Notes: generated from the sequence alone by a model not told the origin. 64,000 nucleotides of DNA from the human T2T-CHM13v2.0 reference genome, Homo sapiens (GCF_009914755.1 NC_060925.1); one strand, 5' to 3'; shown: positions 16,452-30,907, counted from the first letter of the stretch. Numbers and translations: made by a program.

Positions 16452-18712
16452 TAAAATAATCTCTAAGTTAAAAATGTGTTCAGCAATAAGAAGGAGAATA
16501 TATAGGCACTTTTTACTTCCAAATAGTTTACACCAACAAGGCAAATCATTTTCTTAAGAACTTGAATTTTAATTCTGGAAATGTGTCTCTGCATTATTTT
16601 TTAAATTCTGAATTCTGCTGCTGTTTCTGTTAAAGATTTTGAAGTAATTGTTTTAAAGACAAGAATCGTGGGGTATTTGGGAATATATGGAATAACTTTT
16701 AATATAAGAATCTATTTTTGCCATTTCAGCTTCTATAAAAACAGTTACTTAAAAGAACATAAAATTGACTGACTTCAGTTATATTGCCTTGCCTATCCTC
16801 TTGTGATAAGAAGAATAACCAAAAGATAACAATATTTATCTTTATTGGTATCTGGCTAACTAGTAGTTTTTCAATTAGTTCACCAGTAGTTTTTGGAATT
16901 GTTTATGGCTTTAACTAAAAAGATCCTCTGACATTGCATTGGGCAAATATTTTCTGAACTTCAGTGTCCTTACTTGGAAAAGGAGATGATTCCTAAATGG
17001 TGACAAAAATTGTTTTGGTTGGGGCTGAGAAAATTTTTACTCTTTTTATGTATAAAGCACAGATATACATATAGTCATAAATAGATACACAGTATATATT
17101 TGGTATTAAAATTTTATGGAGGGAGAAGGCAATTAGGCTTTTTTAAAAAAGACAAAAGGTTTCTTAGGGGTGCAGTAATGAAAAGGGGGCTGAAAAACAC
17201 TGGACTAGACCTTCCAAGGTTTTCTCTGGCTTTAAAAACATGAGTTTCTATATGAAGTAATAGATAATGAGCTCCCTGAAAGCCAAAAAACTAGAAATTT
17301 CTATTTGATTTCGGAAGTTGAATTGCTGATTTTATTAAATAACAATTTCTGTTTTAGGGTTAATTTATCATCAGATACCATGAAACAAATATGATTGACC
17401 TAAAATTTATGCTAGTTCATAAATCTGTCAAGTTATTTTTATACAGTAAGGAATTAAACTTATGGCAAAATTGATTCTTCAGTTCTCATTAACTAAATAA
17501 GGGTTCCATTTCTTGAAAGAATATAAGTCAAGAGGACGGTGAAGTAGTGTTATTTTAGGGTAGTTTAAGTGTTGTTGTATAATACATATAATGGCAGCGA
17601 TCTGAGTTCAAAATAGAGGCTAAATTAAATTATCGTGTTGATACAGAATGCCAATTATGCCTTAAAATATAGCTAAAATTAGTAAAACATTGAGGACCAG
17701 GATGGATATTCAATTTTATATTAGGATCCATGAGAATAAGGATTGTTATTTTGCAGATTTTGACCAAAAATCAAATAATAGACCTAAAATAATTGAATTT
17801 CATATAGCATACATTCTAAAATATGGTATATCATAGTTACTATAATTAAATATTTACTCCATGAAACAGGGAACAGCCATTATATGCCAAGTATTATGCT
17901 AGATGCTTATAGGTTAAAGTATGAACAAGATACATTCCCTGCCTTTCAGAAATTCATAGTGTACCAGAGTTTGAAAGGATTTCCTTATATTTCTGATTTT
18001 AATGTTTCATAATGACATTGCTGATGCTGATTCTTGTTCTGATTGTCATTTTCACATTGCAAGTTGATGAACCCATGACCCTCTTTGTTATGGTAAACCA
18101 AAAAATGATTATTTGATTTGTGTCCTGTATTTTCAAGTCTTCTGTTGTTTTTACTTGTCTTTAATCTCAATTTAGATCCTTTAATTAAAAAGTACAATCA
18201 TAGTTTTGCTAACTTTCCAGCAGGTTATTATATCCTCTGCTGTGTTTTCTTATAGCCGTGCTATAATTTTTGGCCACCATATTTTAAAATATCCATTCAT
18301 TTTTCCTTAGTAGTTATTCCAGCTAAATATATACTGTAATTATCTACAACTAAATCAATTCATAATCTAAGCTCTAAAATGTTTTCTTATATGTGTGTAT
18401 TATGGCAAAATGTCTTTAAAATTACCTTGCCTTTAAAAAAAACATCCACACAGTGTCATTATCTATATACTTTTGTTTTAGACCACAATGGACTGTATGA
18501 TGTGCAAATGTCTAGTTTGCATTTGTTTCCAAAAGATTACTAGACTCTTTTTGGTAGAATTAGATTTAGCAGTATGTTGATACACATTATTCTGAGAAAC
18601 ATTTTATGTTAGAATAACAGGAATGTTTATAAGTCTATTTTAAGAAAACCAAATGTGGATCTTTTAAAATGACTCATTTTGCACTGAGTGCAAACAGCAA
18701 CAATAAAAATAA

Positions 18713-19111
<399 letters not shown>

Positions 19112-21529
19112 TGATGAAGAAACTCTTAGTCAATTTAAGTTTCTGGGCAGTAGAAATAAATCTTACGATATATATTAAATATATATTAAAATATATTAAA
19201 AATATATAAATATATATATTTCAAAGGAGGAATTTTTAATGGTTAGTTAAGTAAAGGAAGCAAGTGGTTTACTCTTAAAGTCTTTCAGGGAATCCATAGC
19301 TATCAGTACCTAGGGAGGAAAAAACTATTAGTCTTTTATGAAAGTATAGCTTATTCCCAGGGTAAGGGGTTGTTTTATTCTTTGAGATTTACTAATTGTG
19401 ATAAATAGCACTAATTATGGTGACTATTCGTATTCAAATTGTTTAACTTAAGCTTACAATCTAGATAGAATGACTAAGGACATCCCAAATGAGGTCAGTA
19501 GTGCTGGTAAATTGCCCAGACAGGAATGTATGAGATATATTTTAAGGCAAGATGTATACCAGTTTATGTAAAGCGAACGTTTCACAGTGGCAAAGTGGGA
19601 GAGAAGATTGGAGCCATTATGTAGACAGCCTTACACACCAAATCAAAGGTTCTTAGTTGTTCAGGAAATAAGACGTGTGCACAACTCCCTCCCCGTAATA
19701 CACACTCTCTTAGTTACTTCTGTCAGCTACTGCGTTAAGTGCTGTCATATGGGAAATGGTAACAGAAAGTTCTTTGCTTATCCAAAAAGCCCTTCAGATC
19801 TTACTTTTCTTTTTTCCTTAGCATCTTCTACCTGCAAAAGCTCCTTGACTTTTGAGAATTCCTTACAGAACTGCTAAATGTTTTATAAGGGGGAAGGAAC
19901 TCCTGAAGGCTTTTTTCAGTGGGGAGTAACAAAGCAAAAGGATCTGATTGTAATCCACAAATTGGTGGGTTTGGGAGACCACAGCCATAACCTAGGAATA
20001 ATGTGAGATCTTGAACTAAGGGGAGTACACTTATTTTTCACCTGTCATTCAGACCTAGATAGTCCTGCTGGACTTTAACAATAAGAGCATATTAATGGAA
20101 ACAAGTGGTTACACAGGACAGGAACAGATGCAGCATTTATTGATGCTGCTTTTCCTTGGCCCCTTGGCTCCAGAATTGGGAGCACAGCTACTAGTGAAAT
20201 TCTCTGTGTAGGAGGGTGCTGCCACAGTTGAGAAGACAGCCAAACTATTGCCACAGTGGTTTGGGAATAGAATACACACACACTTCTATTGTTAGCAGTG
20301 GCTTACTAATGCTTCCGTAAATTAAGCACTCTTTCATGTAAGGGAAATAGGTAAAATAATCATATAATGAATCTGTTTCACTTGAATGTCCCCTGATATT
20401 TAATGCTCCTTATTTACAGGAATGAGGGGGATATGTCTGAATCACGTGAGGAGTGGAAAGTGGTGGCAGAAGCACTTTTTGTCATTGAGGAATACTTTAG
20501 GATAATTCATCCTTTTCCTAATGTCCTTTTTTCCTGTGTGCTTTCTTCAAGTATGGCCCTACTTTTGTCTGTTAAGGAGAGGTGTGACAGGGTCAAACTT
20601 TAGCCCATGTCTGTCTAAATTTGAATTATAGGAGGTAGAATTTTGCTTTTGTAGCCTATATGCACAAACACAAACTCAATGTATAATCGGTCAAGAACAA
20701 GAACTAGAGTAGTTATACTCTAAATTCAAGTTTCAGAAGTGTGCAGTGGAAGTGATGAGAAGAGGGAGGAATGGAGGCAAAAGAGGCGGTGTCATATCTT
20801 AAATAGTATTTGCTCATGCATCACCATTGGCCTCTCCTCTTGGGTGCGAAGAAAGCAAAGGGAAGGCTGGGTGAGGCAGAATAGCAGTATAGCGTGTCTT
20901 CTGTAGCCTTAGCTATTCTGTTTACATATTCAAACTTCCAAACTTGCCCTCATGACTTTAAATGTCTTAAAGATTAGTCATGCCTCCCCACTACTTTCTT
21001 ATTATTCTTAAACCATTTTGATAGTTCATGTGGTGGTGAAGACACATGATTATTGTGAAGAAAAGTACTTAAAAACTCTTGTATCCAAAATTTCTTTAGA
21101 ATATATTAGAGAAAAGCACCAAACCCCTTAAATTTAGTTATAATCAAAATGGAGCTATAAAATGAGCAGATTGATTAAATAAACACCTTTTTAATGTTAA
21201 TTAGCTTTTCATAGGAAGGAGAAGCCCAGAAGAGTAAGAAAAGTAGCAAGACTAGGAACAACAAGCCATGGCAGACAGCGATGGTTAGTTAAGTAACCAT
21301 GCCTTCATTGGATGACCTTGCAGGGTTAGGTAGAATAGAAAAACAAAACTACCACATGTGCTTTCCACTTTTCATGATTGGTTGAATTCTGGACTGTGCT
21401 GTACCTGCATAAGCAGACTGTTTGGTTGCTTTGAATTAAAAAATAAGGTTGTGAATAGATTCCATTTGATTCAGTATATTTTATTTAGGCATGCCCAAAG
21501 ATGCAAAAAGAGTAAGAATTTTAACTCTC

Positions 21530-21725
21530 AGTCAAGCAGTAAAGCACAGTAGTTAATAATGTAGAGCAAATTACTCTGTGCCTCAGTTTTCCCATCTGAA
21601 AAGTGAGGCTGTTAACCTCATAGAGTTCTGAAATTCAAATGTGACGTATTTAAAGCTCTTAGAACAGCATTCAGCACATAGTAAATACCTTATAATTGTT
21701 AACTCTTTATATTGTAATTATTATT
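21530..21725 (+). mobile_element. MIR
   Basis: CTCTGTGCCTCAGTTTTCCCATCTGAAAAGTGAGG...AAAGCTCTTAGAACAG core. Confidence 0.7.
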
Positions 21726-22290
21726 GTAGTAGGTGGGCTCTTTCTGCCAGTTGGTACCACCTGTAATGGCTAACTCATAGGATTATGATAATGCAATGTC
21801 TGGCATATGGTATGTATTTAGTAAATATTATCTCTCACCGCTATTACTATAGAGTGCTCCTAAGTAATATTTTTTAGCATGTTGTGGGTTATTGTTTGTC
21901 CTTGGAAGTGATAAAATTGCATTAAAAATTGTTAATTGAAACTGACCTCCATCTTGATTTGTTAGAACTAATGGACCTTTATTTTGCCAGACAGACCCCT
22001 CATTTAGAAAAAATAGCCTAAATTTGATTTCTAAGTTAGGAAAATATAAGATGTCTTAAAAAGATTAAAGAGTTTTGGAGACAGAGAAGTTCTATAGGAA
22101 ACATCCTGTTTCTCGTATGAGTTAATTTTTCCAGTATGAGAATATTTCCTTTTGATAATATATTATTCTTAAGCCATCAAATTTTCATACAAATCTTTAT
22201 GAGCTTTTGACTATTGTCCTTCAAAGTTTTGTTGTCCTTCAAAACTTGAAATTCTACGGAATTGCTTATTTTGTCTGATCTCTTTCATAG

Positions 22291-22407
<117 letters not shown>

Positions 22408-22634
22408 TAAGTATATAGCTTTAAAAAATATTTTTATACTAGACTGGTTTTGCTGTGTGATCACTAGATGATGAATTACAACTATGTGACAGGTTACACT
22501 AAATTTTGTTGTAAATATCTTTTTATGTAATTGGGTGTGTAAATTTTTAGCTACATCTCAAAAAGAATGACTTAGACTATAAGGTAGGTATTTTATCAAA
22601 AAAGTACTTAGTACCTGTTAAAATTTTTTGTTCT

Positions 22635-22810
22635 TTGCTCTTTAATGTGCATTAAAATCACCTGGAAGGCTTCGTAATACACAGGTAACTAGGTCCACAC
22701 TCACAAAGTTTCAGTAGATCTGGAGTTTAGCTTAAAAATTTGCATTTCTAACAAGCTCCCATGTGTTACTGATAATGCTGGTCCTGGACTCATACCTGAG
22801 CTCCCTACTG
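22635..22810. mobile_element. MER5A (hAT-Charlie)
   Basis: AAAATCACCTGGAAGGCTT...TTTGCATTTCTAACAAGCTCCC...GCTGGTCC. Confidence 0.7.
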
Positions 22811-23759
22811 TAGCTAATGAAATCTGTTAGGAATGATCATGCAGTTTTGATAGTACTAAATGACCATAGCCACTCATCCACCCGATGAGGCTTACTGTAA
22901 AGATACACATAAAAGGAACAATGGAAAAGAGTAGACAACTTTATTTTCGTCTTATACTCCAAACCCCAGGTAGAGGTCTCTGTAAACAGACCTGGAAGAG
23001 ATGGAGATTGTAAATATGTCCACTTCCCTAAAGACTGACCAAATAAATATCTCTTCATACTCGCTCTTAAATTTATTATTTGTATTTCTTGCATATCTGT
23101 ACATGAATGCCTTGTAAACATTTTATTTTTTCAACAAATGTGTATTACCAGGCACTGTTCAAGCCACTTGAGGATGTTTCAGTAGGCAAGCAGGACAAAA
23201 ATTCCTGCCTTCTGGATTTTACATTCTAGTATACTTGTAGTTTACATTCTCATATATTACAATTAAAATGTACCGTTCTCAAACTAAGTTTCTAAATGTC
23301 TATCTTATTCTAATTTTTCTTTTATTACCCCAGTACTGTTGTTTTCCTATCTTTTTAGCTTATACATTATAGAATCATCTGCTTCCTCCTTTTAATATAT
23401 CACCAATTCTTTATGCTTCTTTCTGTTACATTTTTTTATTTTGCTCCCTCCTTTCCATTTCTACAATTTACCCTAATCCAGCCCCTTATTACTGCTGGGA
23501 TGGTTTAGAACATCTGCCTGGTACTCAGTTTCCTACATCTAGATGTTTCTTATTCTGACTTATCCTTTGTGATTAGGCTTGAGACTGTAGAAGTTGAAAG
23601 AGCACTAGACTAGAAAATAAAGTGACGGGAACTTTAGTTGTACACTAGCTACATCTAGCTGAATGAACATGTCAAAATAAAATTTTTTGCTTTTGGTTTA
23701 CATGTCTGTAAACTATGGAATTTGGCCCAGATTGTGTAGTATCTCTCCTGTTTTTTTTT

Positions 23760-24500
23760 TTTTTTTAAACTTCAGAAAAACTGTAAGATAGGACAATGAT
23801 TATTTGTGTCTTTTCACCTAGTTTTGCCACATTTCCTTCTCTTTCTTTCTGTGTACACTCACATATACACATAGTTTTACTTTTTTTTTAGCTTTTTATT
23901 TTGCTGGACAAGTTGATGGTGACCAGCAATATATTTCAACAGTAGGTTTCAAGAAAAGGTCATCATCTTACATAATCACCATTCAGTTCTCACACTTGCG
24001 AACCTTAATATTCATATAATAATGTTGTCTAATATGTAATCCCATTTTCAAATTTCTCCAATTGTTCCAATAATGTACTTTATTTTTGTTTAATGCCAAT
24101 TCAGGATCCAGTATGGGATCATTTGTTACGTTTGGTTGTCATCGTCTCTTTAGTCTCCTTTAATCTAGCACAGAGTTTTCCTGTTTTTCTTTTATCTTTT
24201 ATGAAATTGACATTTTTAAAGTTTTCAGGCTAGTTGCTTTGAGGAATGTTCCCCATTTTAGATTTTTTTCTAATTGTTCCACATGATCAGATTTAGGTTA
24301 AACATTTTCAGCATGAACATTATATGGATCTGTGTTCTTATCATTGCATCCCTTAAAGAGACACATAATAGTTTAGCCCATTATTGGTGATTTTAAATTT
24401 GAGCATAGGTTATATTTGATTATTGTCATGTAAACAATCTTTTTTCTTTTTGTAATTAATAACTTATCTGTGGAGTGATAATTTTGAGACTGTGAATATT
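23760..24500 (-). mobile_element. Ancient L1MC-like 3' fragment
   Basis: Degenerate motifs such as CAGGATCCAG...TTTGGTTGTCAT...TCTCTTTAGTCTCCTTTAATCTAG. Confidence 0.5.
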
Positions 24501-25061
24501 CTTTTAATCCTAGATTCTATTCTTAAACCAACCTAATGTACATTCAAATATTTACGTATATATAAAGTTTCTTCTCTTGCATTTGTCTATTTTATATTTC
24601 ATTGCTTCTGGCAGGAATGCCTTTATCCTTTCTATCAATTAATGCCTCTCTCTCATTTCTAATTTCAGTTCAAATTTCACCTCTTTGCAGACTGGCTTTC
24701 ATAATTAATTCTCAAATCTCTCATCATTACAACTTGGAGCACTTTAGTACATGCATGGCATAGGGCTGGAAATAGATGGTATGCTGCCTCATCCCCTTCT
24801 AGTACCTATATGGAATATCACCAGTTAATCTTGGTACTTTTCCTTGCCAAGTTCAGTCAGAACTCTTCTCAACACAACAGTATGCTAGGTAACCAGTTAT
24901 TTATGTATATCTATCTATATATATATAGATATATATATTTGCTACAGTTTTTGCTTTTAGAAAAACATATATCTGGAGCAATAAAAGTGAAAAAGGTCAA
25001 ACAAAAAGAAACATACAAATAATTATAACATCACCTAGGCTAAGAAAATTGTCACAGTTGA

Positions 25062-25119
25062 GCAGTACATTCAGCATTGCACTTCCTGGCAGTACATTCA
25101 GCATTGCACTTCCTGGCAG
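25062..25119. repeat. Perfect 27-bp tandem duplication
   Basis: GCAGTACATTCAGCATTGCACTTCCTG x2 + GCAG. Confidence 0.95.
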
Positions 25120-25266
25120 CTAAAGCAAAAAGGAATCATTCTGCACAGTGTCATTATCATTTTTGGGAGTTGAGGGAGCATATTACTTTGACAAATGAGA
25201 CAGAATTTTTTATGTTGCTAAATTATAAAATGACTTAAATTGGATAACTCTATAAAAATATTGAAC

Positions 25267-25345
25267 TATTAAGTGAACCATATGAAATTACCCTTTTAAA
25301 AAGGGTAATTTGAATATTGGCAATTTAGTATAGTTCAACCTAATA
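25267..25345. mobile_element. MADE2 mariner-derived MITE
   Basis: TATTAAGTGAACCATATGAAATT...GGCAATTTAGTATAGTTCAACCTAATA; ~80 bp with TA ends and inverted termini. Confidence 0.8.
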
Positions 25346-28300
25346 CATAATGGTAATGGTAAATATTTTGAAAATATTTATTTTGTTTGAAACAGTGATC
25401 TTAGGGAAGATACAAAAACACTCAATCTGATTTACTCTTTATAAAAACTGATGGCATAATATTAAAATACAATTGAATAAAGTCATTTCTGTGAAGATCT
25501 AAATTAATGTAGCTGTAGTTTTATTGTAAAAATAGAGCTTAAAACTTTATAGAGGAATGAAGATAAGTATGGTCTCTTAAATATTTCTCAAATATCAGTT
25601 AATTTAAATAGGCTTTGTCAGAAGCTGTCAGTTTAAGATTATGTATTCTCCCAATTGGTGGGAATTTACTGCGGATTCATTAAAAGGCAACAATCAATGT
25701 GTTTTAGCTGCCAGAGATGGAAACTGATTGTCACGGCAGTGGCAAAGTTAGATGAAAAAACCTGTATTCTTGACGTAAGTTGAGGCTCATTTTACCTTTT
25801 ACATGTGTCATAGGTGCTATACCATGGAGTAGTTATTGCTATAGGCATACTTTTTTCCCCAGAAGAGGCCATGTCTCCTACTTTTTTTGTTTCCCTCAAT
25901 AGACCTTACTTCATGGATTAATATTTATCTAGCATATATACTGATGGCATAACAAAAACTATGTAATGAGGAAGGTCAGAGATAGATTCCTTCAAAGGCT
26001 CTAAAACTCTTATACTCTAGTACAGGAAATAAAACACAAGCAATATATACAACAAATTTTAAATACATTAAGTGCATAAGAGAAATATTAACAAAATGCA
26101 GAAGTCTTTTAGAGAAGAAAGAGTTTGCTTAACCTGAAAAACAAGGGAATACTTCCTGGAAGTAGTAGCATTTGAACCAGACTTGAAGGCAAGGTGGGTA
26201 AAATAGGATGAACTGGTATTCAGGGTAATAGCTATAAAGTAGACCATGGGATATTAAGAATGAGATGAGAGCTCTAAAAGTAGAATTGACAAACCTGAAT
26301 ATCTAATTAGATATGAGGAGATTCAGTAAGAAGGAAGAATCAGAGATAATATTAAAGTTTCCAGTGCCAACCTGACTACAGTTTCTAATCAGCATGTTAG
26401 TGCCTTACTTTTAAATATTAATAAACAGTATTGACTTAGAAATGTTTATTGAACGATAAACATGTAAGATTTGGCATATTTGTGTATGTGTGTTATACTT
26501 TGACTTTTAAAGTTTAAAATATGAATATAACAAGGTTAAGAAAATATCCAAAAATAGAAGGATATGTTTCCAGCTTGAAAGACACCATCAAGATCCCAGC
26601 ATAGAAGATGAAAACAGACCCACAACAAGGCACAGCACCTTGGAATTTCAAAACCACTGGGGTAAAGGAAAGATCTCAGCTTCCACAGGGAGAGAGAATA
26701 GAATAAAGTCTCGTAGATCTGGATTCAGAGTGCCTTCAGACCTCTCAAGAACAGTCATGAAAGCTAGAAGCATTGGAGCAGTTGATTCATGAGAGAAAAT
26801 TAATTCCAACTTAGAATTCTGGGTTTTTAGCCATGTAAGGTATCAAAAATCCACTTCCAATCCTCTTTCTCAGTAAGTTTTTGGAACATATGCTCCATGA
26901 AAACTGGATATAAACCAAAAAAGAAGACATAAATACAGGAAAGAAGTGAAAGGAAGATAAAGGGATACTGTATTGAGATTGAGGAGGACAGAGGCTCTGA
27001 GAGATTTCTTCAAGATTAAATGTATAGACTGTTTATTTCTGAGTATTTTGAGACAAGAATTAGTTGCTGAAGATTTTAGGTGCATTATTACTAATAAATA
27101 CAAGTCAGCTTGCTTTTTAAATAAGGGGAGGAGTCATGTAAGAAAGAAAAGCCATGAATAGCTTTTAGTTAACATATGAACTTGTTTAAAGACACTTGGT
27201 TGGAGTCTTGATTGTTTTGTAAGAAGAGCTAAATGGTACTACTGTCCCCTCTCCAGCTGCAAGAAAGAGAAATATGTTCTTTGATAATGGCTTTTGTCCC
27301 TCCAAGGATTGTCTTATTCATTGGATTCAGTGAAATAGCAGTTGGTCAAAAGTCTCTTAAGCTGAAAGAATTGCGAGGAAATTAGCAGATAGAACACCAA
27401 GACTCCTAGGAGCGGTTCTCTAGTAGCAGCACTTGAATTGCTGAATGAATATCTCCCACGTGGATTCTCTATGGTTCTATCACTTTATACCATTTACTGT
27501 CATAAGCCTCTTATCAAAAACTTTGAAGGTGTGTATTATTTTATATATGTACCTTAGTGTCTACACCCATTCACCTAGATCTTTCTTTGAATTAGATTTT
27601 CATTGCACCTTACCTCAATTCTGTTGCACATTTATTTAAAGATCTGATAAACTGAGAAAAGTATACATTTTGAGGATACATTTCAACCATTTTTTTCTGA
27701 GTTCATATATATCAGGCATTAGGCAGCTCAGAAATCACAAGTTGGAAACATAGTCTTAACAAATTTGTTATTAAAGGAAAGAGAAATAGCATAAAATTAA
27801 GATCAAATTTATCACCACAGTATGTCTACTTTCACTGGTATCAGAGTCTCTGGGGCAGAAATTATGTCTGTGTCTCTTGCTTGTGTGCTTTTTTCCTCCC
27901 TATCTCTTGAAATTCAAACTTTGAATATAGTAAAATTCTGGAAAGCTATATAAGAATATGTCTTATATTCTTATATATACTTATATACTTAAGAATAAGT
28001 AATCTTAAATAATCAGAGTTATGGACAAAGATTTATGTACAGAGATGTTTATTGCTGTTATAAAAATAAGTCATTATTTGTTCAATAATAGCTGAATGGT
28101 TAAGTAAATTATGGCACATCCACAATAGTATCATGAAGCCAAAACAATTGCATTTTTATAGACTTTTCACAGTATAATATTAAGTGGGCTATTAAGTCCA
28201 CATGTGCATACGTAACACATAGATGAACATGTTAATAGTATTTCAACAATATCAAAATGTGAACTGTAGTTTAGCTTAATTGAAGTTATTTTAGTTTTTA

Positions 28301-28884
28301 AAAATACTTTTTGTTTTTGTCTCTGTAAATATTTAAAAACATCTTTAAAAATACTCTATTTTGAAAAAAATAGGCTGGATCACTGCTAAGTACCAAAACT
28401 AAGTTTCTATAGAGCAAAGCTTTAAATATTAAAAAAAGAAATAAAATCATGAAACAATTGGAAAGTTTTTTTCAACCCTAGGGATGAAGATGGCATGATA
28501 CAAAACCCAAAAATCATTGAAGAAAAGATTGAGAATTCAATTACATAAAAATAAAAAACATCTGTACAAAAAAAAGAGCACTAAGTAAAGTAAAAGACAG
28601 ATGGCACACTGGGAAAACATTTCTTAAAATTAGAAATTATTAAGAAAAAATACTAAGCCTACTAAAAAAGGTAGTAGCAGTTCTTAGAAAAGAAATGGCT
28701 GTAAACACATGAAGAATGCTTGATCCACTTGTAAGAAATAAATGAAATAATAGATCAGATGCTATGTTTTATTTACTTTCACACTGCTTAAGATTTAAAA
28801 GTTTTTGTTCTGGTGTTGGCAAGGATGTAAGAATCTAGTCACTTTCAAACACCCTAAGTGAGAGTACACTGGAAGTATATTCTT

Positions 28885-28934
28885 TTTCGTTGTTGTTAAG
28901 GAAGCAAGGTCCACCTGTGGCCCCTGCCCCGACT
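28885..28934 (-). other. 50-bp retroposed insert of unidentified source, with 15-bp TSD
   Basis: TGGAAGTATATTCTT at 28870-28884 and 28935-28949 flanks a GC-rich 37-mer plus an A-rich tail on the minus strand. Confidence 0.75.
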
Positions 28935-30387
28935 TGGAAGTATATTCTTAAAATATCCTTAAGTGTGTATTATCAGTACTTCATTTGTCCTGATAGTCTA
29001 TGTGAAATATTAATATTCTCAGTGCTTTAGTTTAGTGTTTGAGTTAGAACAAGCATGTATGCAATCAATGTGTTTGTTGAGCTATATATACATAACAGCA
29101 TAGCACTTGTCATATTAAAATCAGTTGTTTAAACACTATAATGTGTAGCTCCTAAAAAATCAAGTTGTTTTTAATACAGCTTTTTTTGAATTATAAAAAT
29201 AGCATGTGGATATTGCAAAACGAGTTAAATAGTGCAGAACTGAAGAAATGACAAAAAAAAATGAGTTTGTTTGTGCCTCACATCCAATCTCACTTCCCAA
29301 AGAGAATAATTATTAAATAGTTCTTGATATAGCCTTCTGGAAATTTTCTGGGTATATGCAAACATATAAAAATATATATAATATATATCCTTTAGCCTTT
29401 TTTCTCCATATATAAGATTATATATACCTATTATTCTGAAACTTGCATTTCCACCTTTTTATCTAGGAAAGGTTTCCATATTGGCATATATAAATCCACT
29501 GAGGAATGTTTTATAATTTGTTTAATCAGTACCCTATTGTTAGATATAGAACTTGGTTCTGTTTTTTTGCTCTTATAAACAGTGCTTCAGTGAATGTCCT
29601 TTTACATATATCTCTGCTCCCTGTGTGAAGATAAATGTTGGTTAGATTCCTAGAAGTAAAATGGATGACTAGGGCAGTGGCATGTGCATTTGACATAACT
29701 ATAATTAAGCAAAATAAGCTGAGAGAGCGAACTTTTCAGAAAACTTCTCAGAGAGTTTCAGAAAATTAATTAGAAATGGTTAAAATCAGATGGGTATTCT
29801 GAGAAGTATGGAGACATTTAGGCACTACCTGATAATGTGTAGTAAGATTTGAATGAACAAACCTTTTGTTTTAAGTAAATCTTAGACAACAGAGTAAATC
29901 ACTTAAAACTTGTTTTCTGTAAGTTAAGAACACAGATGAAAAGTCAAACAATCAGATTCTTAGGAAGTAAATGGAATGACAGTTTCAGTGTTTGCTCATC
30001 CTTTTAAACTAGTGCTTTCTGGAATCCTTAATTCCACCTCTTTGTTCTTTATCAAGATGTGAGCTCTTTTTCTACTAAGTAAATAGTGATTAAAATATAT
30101 AAACAATACAAATGTAATATATGAAATGATTTATCCAACAAATGTTTGTTGTTAAGTGCCTGATGTGTGCCAGCTGTTTTGTATGCTAGGGCTGCATCAA
30201 TGAATGTAAAATAATCCTGACATAAAATAACTTACATCCTAAAAATTTCATTCACTCTCCCCCTAACTTATAATTATGCTGTTTTGAGTGCCTGCCTGTA
30301 AAAATATGCCCTATGTGTATTATCCAAACCCTTCATTATTCTCTGTCCTTGCCCTCCTTTATTTTTCTTCATAACACTAACATCATC

Positions 30388-30755
30388 TGTATTAGTCCAT
30401 TCTCACACTGCTATAAAGAACTGCCCAAGACTGGGTAATTTATGAAGAAAAGAGGTTTAATTGACTCACAGTTCTGCATAACTGGGGAAGCCTCAGGAAG
30501 CTTAAATCGTGGCAGAAGGGGAGGTGGGCACATCTTACGTGGTGGCAGGAAAGAGAGCATGTGAAAGAGGAACTGTCAAACATTATAAAACCATCAGATC
30601 TCATGAGAACTCACTCATTATCAGGAGAACAATATGGGGGAAACCACCCCCATGATCCAGTCACCTCCCACCACATCCCTCCCTCTACATATGGGGATTA
30701 TGGGGATTACAATTCGAGATGAGATTTGGGTGGGACACAGAGCCAATCCATATCA
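30388..30755 (-). mobile_element. THE1D-like MaLR solo LTR
   Basis: TGTATTAGTCCATTCTCACACTGCTATAAAG...CCATATCA; 5-bp TSD TCATC/CCATC. Confidence 0.9.
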
Positions 30756-30788
30756 CCATCTGACATAGGTGTGTGGTGTTCTTGTTTG

Positions 30789-30907
30789 GTAGAGATGCGG
30801 GTCTTGCTAATTGCCCTGGTTGGTCTTGAACTCCTAGGCTCAAGCAATCCTTCTACCTTAGCCTCCCAAAGTGCTGGGACTACAGGTATGAGTCATCATG
30901 CTCAGCC
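30789..30907 (-). mobile_element. FLAM/AluJ left-monomer fragment
   Basis: GTAGAGATGCGGGTCTTGC...GAACTCCTAGGCTCAAGCAATCC...CTCAGCC. Confidence 0.8.

Noticed and set aside
19168-19220. AT-rich quasi-repeat (also 24902-24939)
   Set aside because: Ordinary degenerate (TA)n slippage products
25062-25119. Direct repeats as a CRISPR-like array
   Set aside because: Only two adjacent copies, no spacers, eukaryotic intron
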